A stretch of DNA of 64,000 bases, from assembly GCA_964016885.1 (NCBI GenBank), contig OZ024758.1, positions 18,972,001-19,036,000 on the forward strand, written 5' to 3'. The DNA is from Eledone cirrhosa (Eukaryota). The position numbers and the translations under genes were made by a program. Below, piece by piece: positions 15,963-31,228 of this stretch. The notes below the pieces were generated by a model. It saw only the letters and a list, made by a program, of their open reading frames with translations, ran no database searches and was not told where the DNA came from. Each line of letters starts with the position of its first letter. Position 1 is the stretch's first letter.

Positions 15963-16142
15963 TGAAAATGTATTACCCCGACGGCAGAGCACAAGTCGTT
16001 TCGACGGCTATTTCTGGAAATAGCCGTCGAAACGGCATCAGCTCTGCCGTCGGGGTCAAACCTTTTCATATTATCCACTCTACTACCCTAAGTACTATGG
16101 TGCGTCATGTTCCATCTGATTCTTTACCACAATTCCTTCGTT
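15963..16142 (+). mobile_element. Family A element with inverted arm
   Basis: CCCCGACGGCAGAGC...TTTCGACGGCTATTTC / GAAATAGCCGTCGAAACGG...GCTCTGCCGTCGGGG palindrome followed by the family A tail. Confidence 0.75.
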
Positions 16143-16341
16143 ATAAATATATATATATGCATGCATACATATATGAATAGCGGTGTATATGTATATCTGT
16201 GTATGTGTGTGTGAAGGCATGTGATTTAGTGGTTACGGGATGTGAGTTCGACTCTCGGTCCGCGTTACGTTCTGTCTAGGAGTAATATACATAATTATAT
16301 ATATGTATGTATATGGATGTATGTGTATGTGTGTACACACA

Positions 16342-16435
<94 letters not shown>

Positions 16436-16485
16436 AACACGCACATGCATATAAATATATACTCGATTTAAACCAAATATAATTA

Positions 16486-16539
<54 letters not shown>

Positions 16540-16665
16540 GTAGAAATAAACACAGTAAATTGTATGTCTAAAATTACGAATGTTGAAATACCACATTGGG
16601 TTGATAAATTTAACCTGAAGCAAACGATATAGGATATATATACAGACCGTCTCAATAACTATTTC

Positions 16666-16754
16666 ATCTCTCGGACAGATGAGAGATTTAGTCTGTTTCG
16701 TCCTGAAAATTGTGTTTGTAACAGATAATCCGTAGGCTTTCCTCAGCGAGAGAT
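16666..16754 (-). ncRNA. Type I hammerhead ribozyme, complete core, GUC site
   Basis: ATCTCTCG-CTGAGGA-[40 nt]-GAAA-CAGA..TCTG-TC-CGAGAGAT. 8-bp stem I and 5-bp stem III. Lies in a TA-flanked island (16540-16885). Confidence 0.85.
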
Positions 16755-16882
16755 AAGATCAAATGGAACAGCCTCATACGATTAAAAGCAACATGAATGA
16801 ATATCTCACCTCCTGTGCTGGACGTTAGAAGTGGTGTGAGTGGATATGCTAAAAGTAATAGCCTTAATATACCCAACTTATT

Positions 16883-16929
<47 letters not shown>

Positions 16930-17302
16930 TATTTTCCGTTGTGTTGTAATATAAATATTACACACAGTAGATTAACAGCTCACGTAGAGTTTGCTTGACG
17001 GTTCCAGTTGTAGTTCCAAAACTAAAACTTTGTAGATAGCAGCTGTTTTCAGGTTATGTAACTGTTATAGAAACACGTGTCAATAAATTCCTTTCAACTA
17101 AACTGTATCCATTCAAATCTTTCTATATATATATAATGTGTGTGTGGTGCGTATATGTGTGTGGTGTGTGTATGTTTGTATCCGTGTGTGTGTTGCAGGT
17201 GAATGTGTATTGAACTTCTTCAACAATTAAAACAATATATCTTCGTAACATTACAAGTTTACGATACGGAGCTGACAATCTTATTTCACCCTTAAAAAAC
17301 AA

Positions 17303-17483
17303 TTGTTTCTTTTGGCACAACGCCAGCAATTACCAAGTTCATTACTGTTACGTTATCTTATCGATCCCATAAGGGTAAAAGTCAGTTATACACGGCAGGA
17401 TTTGAACACAGACCATTATAGGGCGTAATTCTATGCTATAAAGTATGCCGTCCGACTCTCAAGCGATCCTGCCAATCCACCGC
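17303..17483 (-). mobile_element. Main SINE, diverged
   Basis: Reverse-complement match. Confidence 0.75.
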
Positions 17484-17978
17484 ATGAAATATAATATGAA
17501 ACCATGTGCAATTCATCGGAGGTGACACAGCTTTAGCATTAGTGGACAGACTCTCATCTTTATTACATCCGTTATGTTGAATCAAATTAATTTGTACACG
17601 TTTTTTCTATTTTTTTTATAAGGTTACGTATCATTATTAGTGTTTGCGTTTCTCCTGCATTTAGTTGTAGCGATCTTTTTATAAAGTATCGTAATGTCGA
17701 TTGTTCGTATCGGTTGACTGTTCAGTGAGTGAAAAGAGGCCGATTTGCAGTTTGATGTCCGGTATCCATAGTAATTTTATCAAGAACAGACCTGATACTT
17801 GTGTTACTCTTTATGCATTGGATATAATAGTGTCGTCTTTAAAGACACTGAAATTATGAATAGAGCTGGCCAGTGGAAATCGTTCATATATTCGTCTTTT
17901 CTACATTTTCTTTGTCAAATTTATGTCCTACGTCGTGTTTTTTATTTTTAATATCAATCTCTCTCTCATTCTCCCCCT

Positions 17979-18043
<65 letters not shown>

Positions 18044-18101
18044 GTATGTAAATATATTTATGTATGTATGTACATATATCTATATCTATGAACATACATA
18101 C

Positions 18102-18153
<52 letters not shown>

Positions 18154-18163
<10 letters not shown>

Positions 18164-18560
18164 CGTAAAATAACAGAATTATAAAAATTAACTTACTTGC
18201 TAAAATTTCACTCCAACTAATTAGTTTCTGAAAGGGAATAAACATACTTTCCGAAGGAACGTACGGAGAAGCATTTCGTCATCAGGGAAGTCTATTCTCA
18301 GCTAAGTTTCCAGGCAATACGTGGACACAGGGAACTTATACAAAAAGAATTCAGAGGATCGAAAAAAGCAAAGCGTGGACTAAGTTCCAAGCCATTGAAA
18401 AAATCACTGCCTACTGCGTCGGTGGCAAATTTAAAAGAATCAATCACGTGACATCGAGGAATTTTAGTAAGTTAATTTTTATAATTTTCTTCTTTTACGT
18501 CTCTCATATTATTGTTCTGCATCCCCATACATTGAACCACAAAGTTACTAACATAAAACC
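18154..18560. mobile_element. Fold-back element with ~55-bp inverted arms, internal hammerhead and 3' tail
   Basis: ATATGAGAGACGTAAAA...CTAAAATT (18154-18208) is inverted at about 18460-18509. Starts at a TA tract. Confidence 0.7.
18210..18291 (-). ncRNA. Type I hammerhead, complete core, palindromic stem III
   Basis: ACTTCC-CTGATGA-C-GAAA...TTTC-A-GAAA-CTAATTAG-TT-GGAGT. Confidence 0.7.
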
Positions 18561-18618
18561 TGTATATGTGCTGGCATAGGTATGCATCTGTATATATATG
18601 TTAGTAGATATACTAATT

Positions 18619-18669
<51 letters not shown>

Positions 18670-18708
18670 ATTTCGTTTCTTATTGGCAACATTACCCTCA
18701 CAAAGCAT

Positions 18709-18755
<47 letters not shown>

Positions 18756-19044
18756 CATACATAAATATATTTATATGAATACTTACATAAACATATTTAT
18801 ATATATATGTATATATATATATGTACATACATGAATATATATAAATATAGTTATGTATGTATGGACACATATATATATATATGTGTATATTATTATTGTT
18901 GTTATTATTATTATTATTGTTATTAATGTATATGTGTGTATGGATATGTATATATGTGTATATATGTATGTGTGTATATATATATATATTTCTTTTTTTA
19001 TTTTATTTATTTTTTATTTATGTATTCATATATATATATATATT

Positions 19045-19093
19045 CTTCTCCTCTTGCAATGGCCAAACTCGATAACTAGGGGGAAGCCAGCAT
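19045..19093 (+). mobile_element. RTE-type 3' terminal remnant
   Basis: ATGGCCAAACTCGATAACTAGGGGAAGCCAGCAT aligns with the family D 3' end GTGGCCGTACTCGAAAACGAGTTGGCAGCCACCAT. Confidence 0.5.
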
Positions 19094-19094
19094 A

Positions 19095-19106
19095 TATATG
19101 TATATG

Positions 19107-19183
<77 letters not shown>

Positions 19184-19242
19184 GTACATACATAAATATA
19201 TTTATATATATATACATATGTAAATACATACATGAATATATT

Positions 19243-19292
<50 letters not shown>

Positions 19293-19375
19293 CATACATA
19301 AATATATATATATATATATATATATATCTGTACATACATACATAAATATATATATATATATATATATGAACATAC

Positions 19376-19407
<32 letters not shown>

Positions 19408-19421
19408 CTGTACATACATAC

Positions 19422-19467
<46 letters not shown>

Positions 19468-19504
19468 TTATATTTATATATATATAGATATACACATACA
19501 TAAT

Positions 19505-19576
<72 letters not shown>

Positions 19577-19612
19577 CATAATTATATATATATATATATA
19601 AATACATAAATA

Positions 19613-19656
<44 letters not shown>

Positions 19657-19705
19657 CATAAATATATTTATATATATATATATATATATAAATACATAAA
19701 TATAG

Positions 19706-19748
<43 letters not shown>

Positions 19749-19765
19749 CATAATTATATTTATAT

Positions 19766-19813
<48 letters not shown>

Positions 19814-19902
19814 AATATATTTATATATATATATATATATATAAATACATAAATATAGTTATATATATATATATATATAAATACATAATTATATTTATAT
19901 AT

Positions 19903-19946
<44 letters not shown>

Positions 19947-19954
19947 AATATATT

Positions 19955-19990
<36 letters not shown>

Positions 19991-20007
19991 CATAAATATA
20001 TTTATAT

Positions 20008-20055
<48 letters not shown>

Positions 20056-20063
20056 AATATATT

Positions 20064-20111
<48 letters not shown>

Positions 20112-20115
20112 AATA

Positions 20116-20167
<52 letters not shown>

Positions 20168-20174
20168 TACATAA

Positions 20175-20214
<40 letters not shown>

Positions 20215-20286
20215 CATAAATATATTATATAGATAAATATATATATATATGTATATACATACATAAATATATGTTCATATATATAT
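19095..20286. repeat. (TA)n satellite punctuated by CATAAA/CATACA
   Basis: Direct inspection. Confidence 0.9.
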
Positions 20287-20877
20287 ATGGTGGCTGCCAA
20301 ATCGTTTTCGAGTACGGACACTACTTTATATCCACGTAGGAGAACCCCTACCGATGCCCTGAACAAGTACGACATTTTAGAGCAGTCAGCGACTTGAAAA
20401 CTCTGGTACAAACACTACACTTGTCTTAATTATTGACACATAGTGCTGAGCCCATGGTATGATGTAATGACAAGTGCAGAGAGATCTCAAGATATAAAGC
20501 AATGCCTGTGCAGTGAAACATTTATAGTGAGCAAAGGCACTGCACAATGTCAGTCCCTCTCTCTGAACCAAGATGATATTGACCAAAAAGAACAACAATT
20601 CTACATCATTGGATACCATCAGGGTTGCAGGTGTTATATCAGAGTTTTCCTCCTCCTAGAATTCTGCCTTGACAAATGCTAAGGGGTCATCTCTCCCGGT
20701 GATTTTGGATGGCCATTGACTATTAAGAGTTCCTTTGCCCTTTGACATGTTTTGTTTTTAGTCCTGCAGATGTTCAAAGTCACCCTCACAAAGAAATAGT
20801 TTAGTCGCCAACGACCCGACCAAGGGACAGGTTGTACTAGGATACATGTTACCAGTAGCACCAACTGGTGACCTGAC

Positions 20878-20878
<1 letters not shown>
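20287..20878 (-). mobile_element. Family D ~600-bp non-autonomous RTE-derived element
   Basis: Co-linear with 55968-56578 and flanked by TA tracts. Confidence 0.8.
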
Positions 20879-20925
<47 letters not shown>

Positions 20926-21075
20926 ATACATACTTAAATATATTTATATATATATATATATATATATGTAGATACATACATATATATTTTCATATATATA
21001 TATATATATATGTGTACATACATAAATACATTTATATATATACATGTACATACATATATATATATATATATGTAC

Positions 21076-21106
<31 letters not shown>

Positions 21107-21128
21107 CACATATCTATATATATATAAA

Positions 21129-21219
<91 letters not shown>

Positions 21220-21667
21220 TGTGTATATATATATAGCCCCACCATATACATGACGACAATATGATTCCAAATTCATATATAAATGCAGTGTTAGATTAAC
21301 AACACCGAAATTAAATTACATTATATGCTGTATGTGAAAAGAATTTAGGTTTATTACTTTCGTCATATTTCCACTGACTCTGTCTATACTACTAGAATGT
21401 GGACACATAATTATTTAATCAATACAATATTTATAATAAGTATAAGCAGATGGTTTTACAAGCTTCGTGAAAAGTATTGTGGTTGGGTGCGTCACATGCG
21501 AATAATTTTCTTAATATCAAATTATTAATCATAATATTACGCAACGGTTATAAGTATCCCTCTTTCTATGACACTTTTTCCCACCTCTCTCAGTCACTCT
21601 ATCTTGCTTTAACACCTTTTTTCTTTCTCTCTATATCTCTCTCCCTCTCAGTGCCTTCCCCTGTCCA

Positions 21668-22992
<1,325 letters not shown>

Positions 22993-23310
22993 GTGTATAT
23001 ACAGTTATATTTTATTACCTGTGTAAATATATATATTTATATATATGTATATATACGTATGTATAAATGTGTTAGTATGAGTGAATGTCTATATATGTGT
23101 GTCTGGGTGTGTGCATATCTACTTTTAACAACCTTATATTTTATGAAGGACGGAAGCGCCATTTTGAAATTATAAACAATATTTTATTATCATATGCATT
23201 GATCCAAGTAACCAACACTGTTTATTTCTTCTAACAATTATATTTTTTTATATATTCTGTTAATAAAATATGGTGTACACTACTGCAAACATAAATGATG
23301 AACATAAGGT

Positions 23311-23350
<40 letters not shown>

Positions 23351-23375
23351 AGTTTATATATAATATGATATAATA

Positions 23376-23443
<68 letters not shown>

Positions 23444-23670
23444 CAGATACATAAGTTTATATATAATAAGATATAATACGAAATAGTATATATATATATA
23501 TATATATGTGTATATATATATAAACACATATACATAATTGTATATATAATATGATATATTATATATATATATATCATATATTATATATACACTTATGTAT
23601 GCATATTATGTATATATTTCATATATATATATATACATTTATGTATATGTATATATATAATAATACACTT

Positions 23671-24190
23671 ATGAACAATATCCTCCAAACACACAACATC
23701 ATAAAGAGCAAAAGACAACCCAAATCTATAAAAAACATCCTCACACAAGCTAAAATCCAACAAACCATCACAATGAACACTACAGTAACAAAATGCGGAA
23801 GCCCTAACTGTGGCATATGCAAAAATTGAATAGAAGGTTCAACATTCCATTTTAAACAAGGACAACGTTTCACAGTTAAACACAACATGTGAAAACCTTA
23901 TCTATGATTTGACATGCTCAGATTGTCAAGAGCACTACATAGGACAGACAAAAACAACCTCCGTCAACGTATGACCGTCCATCAATCACAAATTAAAATA
24001 CAGGAAAACAGAAAGGTTGCATTTATGAACATATCGCCAATTGTGCTCTCAACCAACATCCAAACTTTAAAATGTTCCCCATTTACAAATTCATAGACAA
24101 CGCTACTTTCATCCAACGTACCAATAAGGAAACACATTTCATTAATAAATTTCAACCACTACTCAATGCTCTAAAAATCGGATCAATCTA
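23671..24190 (+). pseudogene. Penelope-like element (Neptune type) GIY-YIG endonuclease, 5'-truncated and disrupted
   Basis: Across frameshifts and a stop: KSKRQPKSIKNILT..KCGSPNCGIC (Cys linker)..NLIYDLTCSDCQEHYIGQT..LRQRMTVH..EHIANC..RTNKETHFINKFQPLLN. Probable 3' UTR runs to about 24440. Confidence 0.9.
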
Positions 24191-24437
24191 AAACTGCAAC
24201 AAACCATCAAACATTTACAAGAGTTACCTCCTTCACACCCTACGTAATCCTTTTTCTTAAATAAATTAAACTGCATATTAACTGTCTAAAAAGCGAAATC
24301 ATATCAAACCTCAGTCCAACATTTGCATCCTTCACGGAACCATGGTTTAACTAAGCACTCTTGCTATATTAACACATTTTGAACTGCTTGTAAACAACAT
24401 TATTTTTTCTTCCTCATAATCGTCTCTTTCTCCCTGC

Positions 24438-24439
<2 letters not shown>

Positions 24440-24518
<79 letters not shown>

Positions 24519-24682
24519 CATATATATTCATGTATATATATATATATACATACATATATATTCATGTATATATATATATATATATACATACATATATATT
24601 CATGTATATATATATATATACATACATATATATTCATATATATATATATTTATATATATATATATATATACATACATATATA

Positions 24683-24731
<49 letters not shown>

Positions 24732-24820
24732 ATATATATATATATATTCATATAAATATATATATATATATATATTCATATATATATATATATATTCATA
24801 TATATATATATATATATATA

Positions 24821-24888
<68 letters not shown>

Positions 24889-25077
24889 TATATATATATA
24901 TATACAGAGTCATGACTCTGTATTCCGTTTATCTTTCACCGAAAGTGATATTTCATTGCATCTCTTCTTTCCATGATATCCGGATTACATTTAGTTCTTC
25001 GTACGGATTGGACACTACCGTAAACTCTTGGTAGATTTATCTACATATATATATATATATATTCATATATATATATA

Positions 25078-25117
<40 letters not shown>

Positions 25118-25227
25118 TATATATATATATATTCATATATATTTATATATATATATATTCATATATATTTATATATATATATATTCATATATATTTATAT
25201 ATTCATATATATATATATATTCATATA

Positions 25228-25283
<56 letters not shown>

Positions 25284-25399
25284 TATATATTTATATATTC
25301 ATATATATATATATATTCATATATATTTATATATATATATTCATATATATATATATATTCATATATATTTATATATATATATTCATATATATATATATA

Positions 25400-25470
<71 letters not shown>

Positions 25471-25561
25471 TTATATATATATATATACATTTATGTATAT
25501 ATATGTAAATATATATATAGATATATATATATATATTCACATATATATATATATATATATA

Positions 25562-25597
<36 letters not shown>

Positions 25598-25739
25598 TTT
25601 ATATATATATATATACATTTATGTATATATATGTAAATATATATATAGATATATATATATATATTCATATATATATATATATATATATATTCATATATAT
25701 ATATATATATATATATTCATATATATTTATATATATATA

Positions 25740-25783
<44 letters not shown>

Positions 25784-25884
25784 TTCATATATATTTATAT
25801 ATATATATTATATATATATTTATACATTTATGTATATATATATATAATATATATATTCATATATATATATATATATATACATAA

Positions 25885-25918
<34 letters not shown>

Positions 25919-25946
25919 TTATGTATATATATATATATATATATTC

Positions 25947-25987
<41 letters not shown>

Positions 25988-26087
25988 TATATATTCATAT
26001 ATATATATTCATATATGTTTATATATATATATATTCATATATATATATATATATATTCATATATATATATATATATATATATACATT

Positions 26088-26126
<39 letters not shown>

Positions 26127-26127
26127 T

Positions 26128-26166
<39 letters not shown>

Positions 26167-26172
26167 TTTTGT

Positions 26173-26206
<34 letters not shown>

Positions 26207-26239
26207 ATGTATATTTATATATATATATATATATACATG

Positions 26240-26322
<83 letters not shown>

Positions 26323-26863
26323 ATATATATATATATATATACATTTATGTATATATATATATATATATTCATATATATATATATATATATATACATTTAT
26401 GTATATATATATACACTTATGTGTATGTTTGTATATATATATATATATATATATTCATATATATATATATATATATTCATATATATATATATATATACAT
26501 TTATGTATATATATATACACTTATGTGTATGTATGTATATATATATATATACATACATTTATGTATATATATATATATACACTTATGTGTATGTATGCAT
26601 ATATATATACTTACGTATATATATATATATATGCATTTATATATATATATATATACATTTATGTATATATATATATATATATATATACACTTATGTGTAT
26701 GTATGTATATATATATATACTTACGTATATATATATATATGCATATATATATATATATATACACTTATGTGTATGTATGTATATATATATATACTTACGT
26801 ATATATATATATGTATATATATATATATGTATACACTTATGTATATGTATGTATATATACACT

Positions 26864-26901
<38 letters not shown>

Positions 26902-26905
26902 TATA
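24440..26905. repeat. (TA)n satellite punctuated by TTCA, CATTTATG and CACTTATG
   Basis: Direct inspection. Interrupted by a family C tail. Confidence 0.9.
24903..25043 (+). mobile_element. Family C 3' tail with a mini fold-back
   Basis: Near-identical to the reverse complement of 53688-53819. Begins with the palindrome ATACAGAGTCA|TGACTCTGTAT. Confidence 0.8.
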
Positions 26906-27034
26906 CTTAGGGTAAACATTGATGCAATTAAATTCAAGCGCTCAACGTACGTTTTCCAATAAGGGGTGACGGAGTAAATATCGAATAAGTAAAAGCGAAG
27001 TAGTTTCAGATGTTCAAGTCCTTTAATAATAATT

Positions 27035-27106
27035 CTGTGATATATATTTCAATGACGACACTGGCCACACTGTTCTGTGTGCTAGTGTCGTAACATCATC
27101 AGACAG
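27035..27106 (-). ncRNA. Type I hammerhead, complete core, long stem II
   Basis: CTGT-CTGATGA-T-GTTACGACACTAGC..GCCAGTGTCGTCAT-T-GAAA-TATATA-TC-ACAG. Confidence 0.8.
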
Positions 27107-27360
27107 CTTGCTACAAAATAAGGTTATGTTTCCGAGGCAATCCAAATGACACTCTATCTCAAAATTATTTTTGAAAAGCATTTAGAAATGCGCAACCGGT
27201 AAAAACTTAACAACTTAAAACCACAACTGAATACTAACCCATACAATCACTAATACTCTTTTATTCCTAATTAAACCATTTTTCAACTGTGAACAATTTG
27301 TCAGCATTTTCTATTCCGTTTACCAATATATATATATATATATATATTTATATACACACA

Positions 27361-27660
27361 AAAGTTACACTAAATAAACATCGCTGGGTTTGAGAGCTAA
27401 TACATCAGATGCCAATGATAGTTACTTAACCATACTTTTTATTCCTAATTGTATATTTGAAATAACAAAACAACACAGAATGCACTCTGATTGCTCTAGC
27501 TACCTAACTGTTATTAATCTAGGTATAAGACTCAACAATAGCGTTAATACAACATCCATAATGTAAGGTGAAAACATTTCCGCCATTTTGGTAATTTTAG
27601 TAATAATTATATACTGTTATAATCATATAAAAGACTATTATTTTGTTTCAATCACTATAT

Positions 27661-27731
<71 letters not shown>

Positions 27732-28221
27732 GAAGTTATATTTAATTTGTTGGCATACAATAAGCAAAATATTTTTATAACTGATATAGAGCACTCAACA
27801 ATTTATTGAAGTAAATATACAATATATTAACAAATGGGAACTATATTTATAAAACCAGGAGATTCCAACCAGAATGGTTGCATCTTTTAAGGGTATGTCA
27901 ATATTTATTTATAAAAGTAACCTATATTATATTTTATATGATGTAAACGCACCATAGTTTGCTCTGGTGTCCCTTGAAATATGTATAATAATATAAATAT
28001 GGTTTTATAAATATAGTTTCCATTTGTTAATATATTGTATATATTGTATATATACGCTTATGTATACACTTATGTATATATACATATACACTTATGTATA
28101 CACTTATCTATATGTATATATATATATATGCGTATATATATATATATATACACTTATGTATACACTTATCTATATGTATATATATATATATAACACACAC
28201 TTATATATACACACACTTATG

Positions 28222-28252
<31 letters not shown>

Positions 28253-28620
28253 GAGAGATTTAGATAGAAACGTTTGTAACTGGATCACTGTCAACTTCCT
28301 TGACGCCGGCGCACAAGTAATATAGTAAATGAAACATAATAATAGTCTTTTATATGATTATAACAGTATATAATTATTACTAAAATTACCAGAATTGCGG
28401 AAATGTTTTCACCTTACATTATGGTCTGTTGTATTAACGCTCTTGTTGAGTTGTATACCTCGATTAATAATAGTTAGGTACTTAGAGCAAACAGAGTTCA
28501 CTCTGTGTTGTTTTGTTATTTCAAATATACAATTAGGAATAAAAAAGTGTGGTTAAGTGGCTATCAATGACATCTGATGTATTAGCTCTCAAACCCAACG
28601 ATGTTTATTTAGTGTACCTT
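27361..28620. mobile_element. Fold-back/MITE-like element with ~300-bp inverted repeats
   Basis: 27361-27663 is the slightly diverged reverse complement of 28317-28620. Confidence 0.75.
27728..28041. mobile_element. Family F element (tail + ~42-bp inverted arms, degenerate hammerhead)
   Basis: 27817-27858 is inverted at 28000-28041. Homologous to 53007-53160. Remnant TTAT-ATGATGT..GAAATATGTATA-ATAA. Confidence 0.65.
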
Positions 28621-28644
28621 TTTTCTTAATTGTCGAAACAATTA

Positions 28645-28820
28645 GTGTGGTGGGTTGTCAGAATCCGTAGAGCGTCGTGCAATATGCTTAACATCATAGT
28701 TTCCCCCCTTTATTTTCTCAGTTAAAATCCTCAGATATTAGCTTTCCTCTTCATTGCTACGGGGTTGATGAAATAAAGTACCAGTAACGCATTGGGGTCG
28801 ATTTAATCGACGTTCCCTTC
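28645..28820 (+). mobile_element. Main SINE, diverged, long form
   Basis: Body plus the GGGGTCGATTTAATCGAC hairpin. Confidence 0.75.
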
Positions 28821-29114
28821 CGAGGGTATATCCCCGATTGTCTTCATCATGAACTCAGAAGCCATGTTATTCATTACGTGACAAATTCGTCCCAACCTTT
28901 TTTGTCATGGGTTTTGAATTTTAGCTCTAGACTTCTCCGTTTCCCCACCCCAAAATGAAACAATCGGAAGATGTTAAGTCAATGTTTCTTGTTTGCAAAT
29001 CATGTTGACATCGACGACCCAGTTAAGGAGCGATTGACTTTCATCAAATCGGACCGAGGAAACAATGTTTCCGATGGTCATTCCAATTACTAATAGTATC
29101 TATCAGTTGCATTA

Positions 29115-29200
29115 CCAGGTAGAAATGGCAGCGTGAAATAATGTGTCTTGCTCAAGGATATAACGCATCACCTGGTCCAAGAATCGAACTGACAACCTCA
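29115..29200 (-). mobile_element. MetaSINE-like fragment
   Basis: Reverse complement reads GTTCGATTC...CCTTGAGCAAGACACATTATTTCACG. Confidence 0.55.
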
Positions 29201-30964
29201 CCACCTAGCCAATGTCCAGGAAATTGGTTGTCAATCCAATCACAAACATTAGGCCATAATTTAAACATAAATTTACAGGGAGTTATTTTTTACACAGCCA
29301 GTTATGTCTCAGTGAATATATTCCTTTGTGACTACATTTCGTCTATGACTATTTATGAGTCTCTTTTGTGTGACGTTTTCTGTGAATTAATTTCCCTCTA
29401 TACAAAAGGCCGTATCTTTGTTATTATATGAAGAATACCGAAATAGGGCGAGTGGGAATGTTGCATGATGTTGTCTTCATTACGTTGTTTGTCATGCGTA
29501 TGTCAGTTTATAAGATCCCATTTCTCCCTAAATTATTAGCTACAATCAGGCGAATTTGAGGTATGAAAGATGGTGATTTCTGCTCGCTGGTAAATGGGGA
29601 GGAATTGCGACTTTAATTTCTATATGAAGGACATTAGTCATGCAAGAAAGCTTAAATGATCTTATCATATAATAAGCTTATTGGATGCTTTGGTCCAATA
29701 CGCGTTGCTCGCCAAAGTGTGCTCACATTGACAATTAAATATTCCGCTTATTGCTTCGCTTTAACAATATTGTTTGTAGATATTTTCAACGCACCATTTA
29801 AAGTTCTGGTTACAGTAAGTTCACAATATCATCTACTTTCTTTCTCCTTTATTATTCTCGTTTTGACATCTTTATATATTAATTCCATTCTGCATGTAAT
29901 AACTTTCATAAACTATTTTATCTTCAATGGAAATATAAATAGATTGATACTAGATCTCTGCAACATGGCTCTACATAAAACACCACATATTCATTCTATA
30001 ATTTTGCATTCGAAAAAAAAAAGGACGCCACATATCTATATACTAGGGCCAATTTTGATGAATCTTTAAAACTGCATAAATCGTTGAGATAGTTGATGTG
30101 CCCATGTTTACGTGTTCTGTGAATCTGACAAACATTTGTAATGGCTATTTTTAACATTTTGTAATAGCTCTAAGTCATTTAACCATCACTTAAAATGTAA
30201 AGGCAAGTAGATTTTGAAACAAATTGTACAGTTTCTGCATCAAATACGAATTGGAAACAGGCAATGTTTGAATCCACGTTAAAATATTCATGGGGTATTT
30301 ACCTGCAGTGTGGACGTATGAATAATTGAGTGGGTAAGAAGAGAGTCTGCGAATCTTTAGCTGCAAAGTTCGATTCCCTGCCATACCAGGGAATATTGAG
30401 CAGCTCTTATTTATCGTAGTTTTAAGTTGAGAGAACGTGTGTGAGTCAATTCGGTAGACGGAAACTATTTGAATTTGTATCGGGTAGACTGTACAAGCAG
30501 TTAAAAATGTAATCCTTTTAGTATAGTGCCACGCAGGATCACCCAGTGAAGTACGTATAAGCACTTACTGATGTTCTTCATTTTATAAGTAACTAATCCG
30601 ATGCAGATCACTGGCCCCACGTGATATTGAGAGAAATCTCTAAGTCTGCATTTATCCAATCGTTGGTATTTCCCGAGATATTTAAACCTCCAGGAAAACT
30701 GACGTAGTGCCTCTTCAAATAAAAAAAATATGAAAACTAACATCGACCTGATTTTCGAGTTTTATATAAGGGTTTACGCAGATTATATAAGGTTCTTAAT
30801 GACGTATAATATAAGCACAAGGCCTGGAATTTGGTAGGAGGAGGATAACAAATAAATCTACTAAACTAGTACTTGACTGGAACGTTATCCAACTCAGAAA
30901 AATGGCGTCGGTGGCTTTGAACTCAGAAACTAAACTAGAATTTTTTTCCGGCATTCTGCAAATT

Positions 30965-31220
30965 TGTGGAGGCATGTGGTCTAGTGGTAAGGATGTTGGA
31001 CTTACGATTATAATATATTAGGTTCGATTCATTGGTAGCGTGTTGTGTTCTTTAACAAATCTCTTCATTTCACGATGCCCCCGTATACTTAGCTGAAAAT
31101 GAGTATCACCAATAGCAGGGGGTTTAACCGTGCGATGGACTGGCGTCCTGTCCAGGGGTGTGTATTCTACTCTCAGTCACGTGATGCCATGAAACCGGCA
31201 AAATGAGCCTTTAAGACAGG
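30965..31220 (+). mobile_element. tRNA-derived SINE with Meta-like core
   Basis: TGGTCTAGTGG A-box, GGTTCGATTC B-box, TGTTGTGTTCTTTAACAA, GCGATGGACTGGCGTCCTGTCCAGGGG. Confidence 0.7.
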
Positions 31221-31228
31221 CTTTAGAC

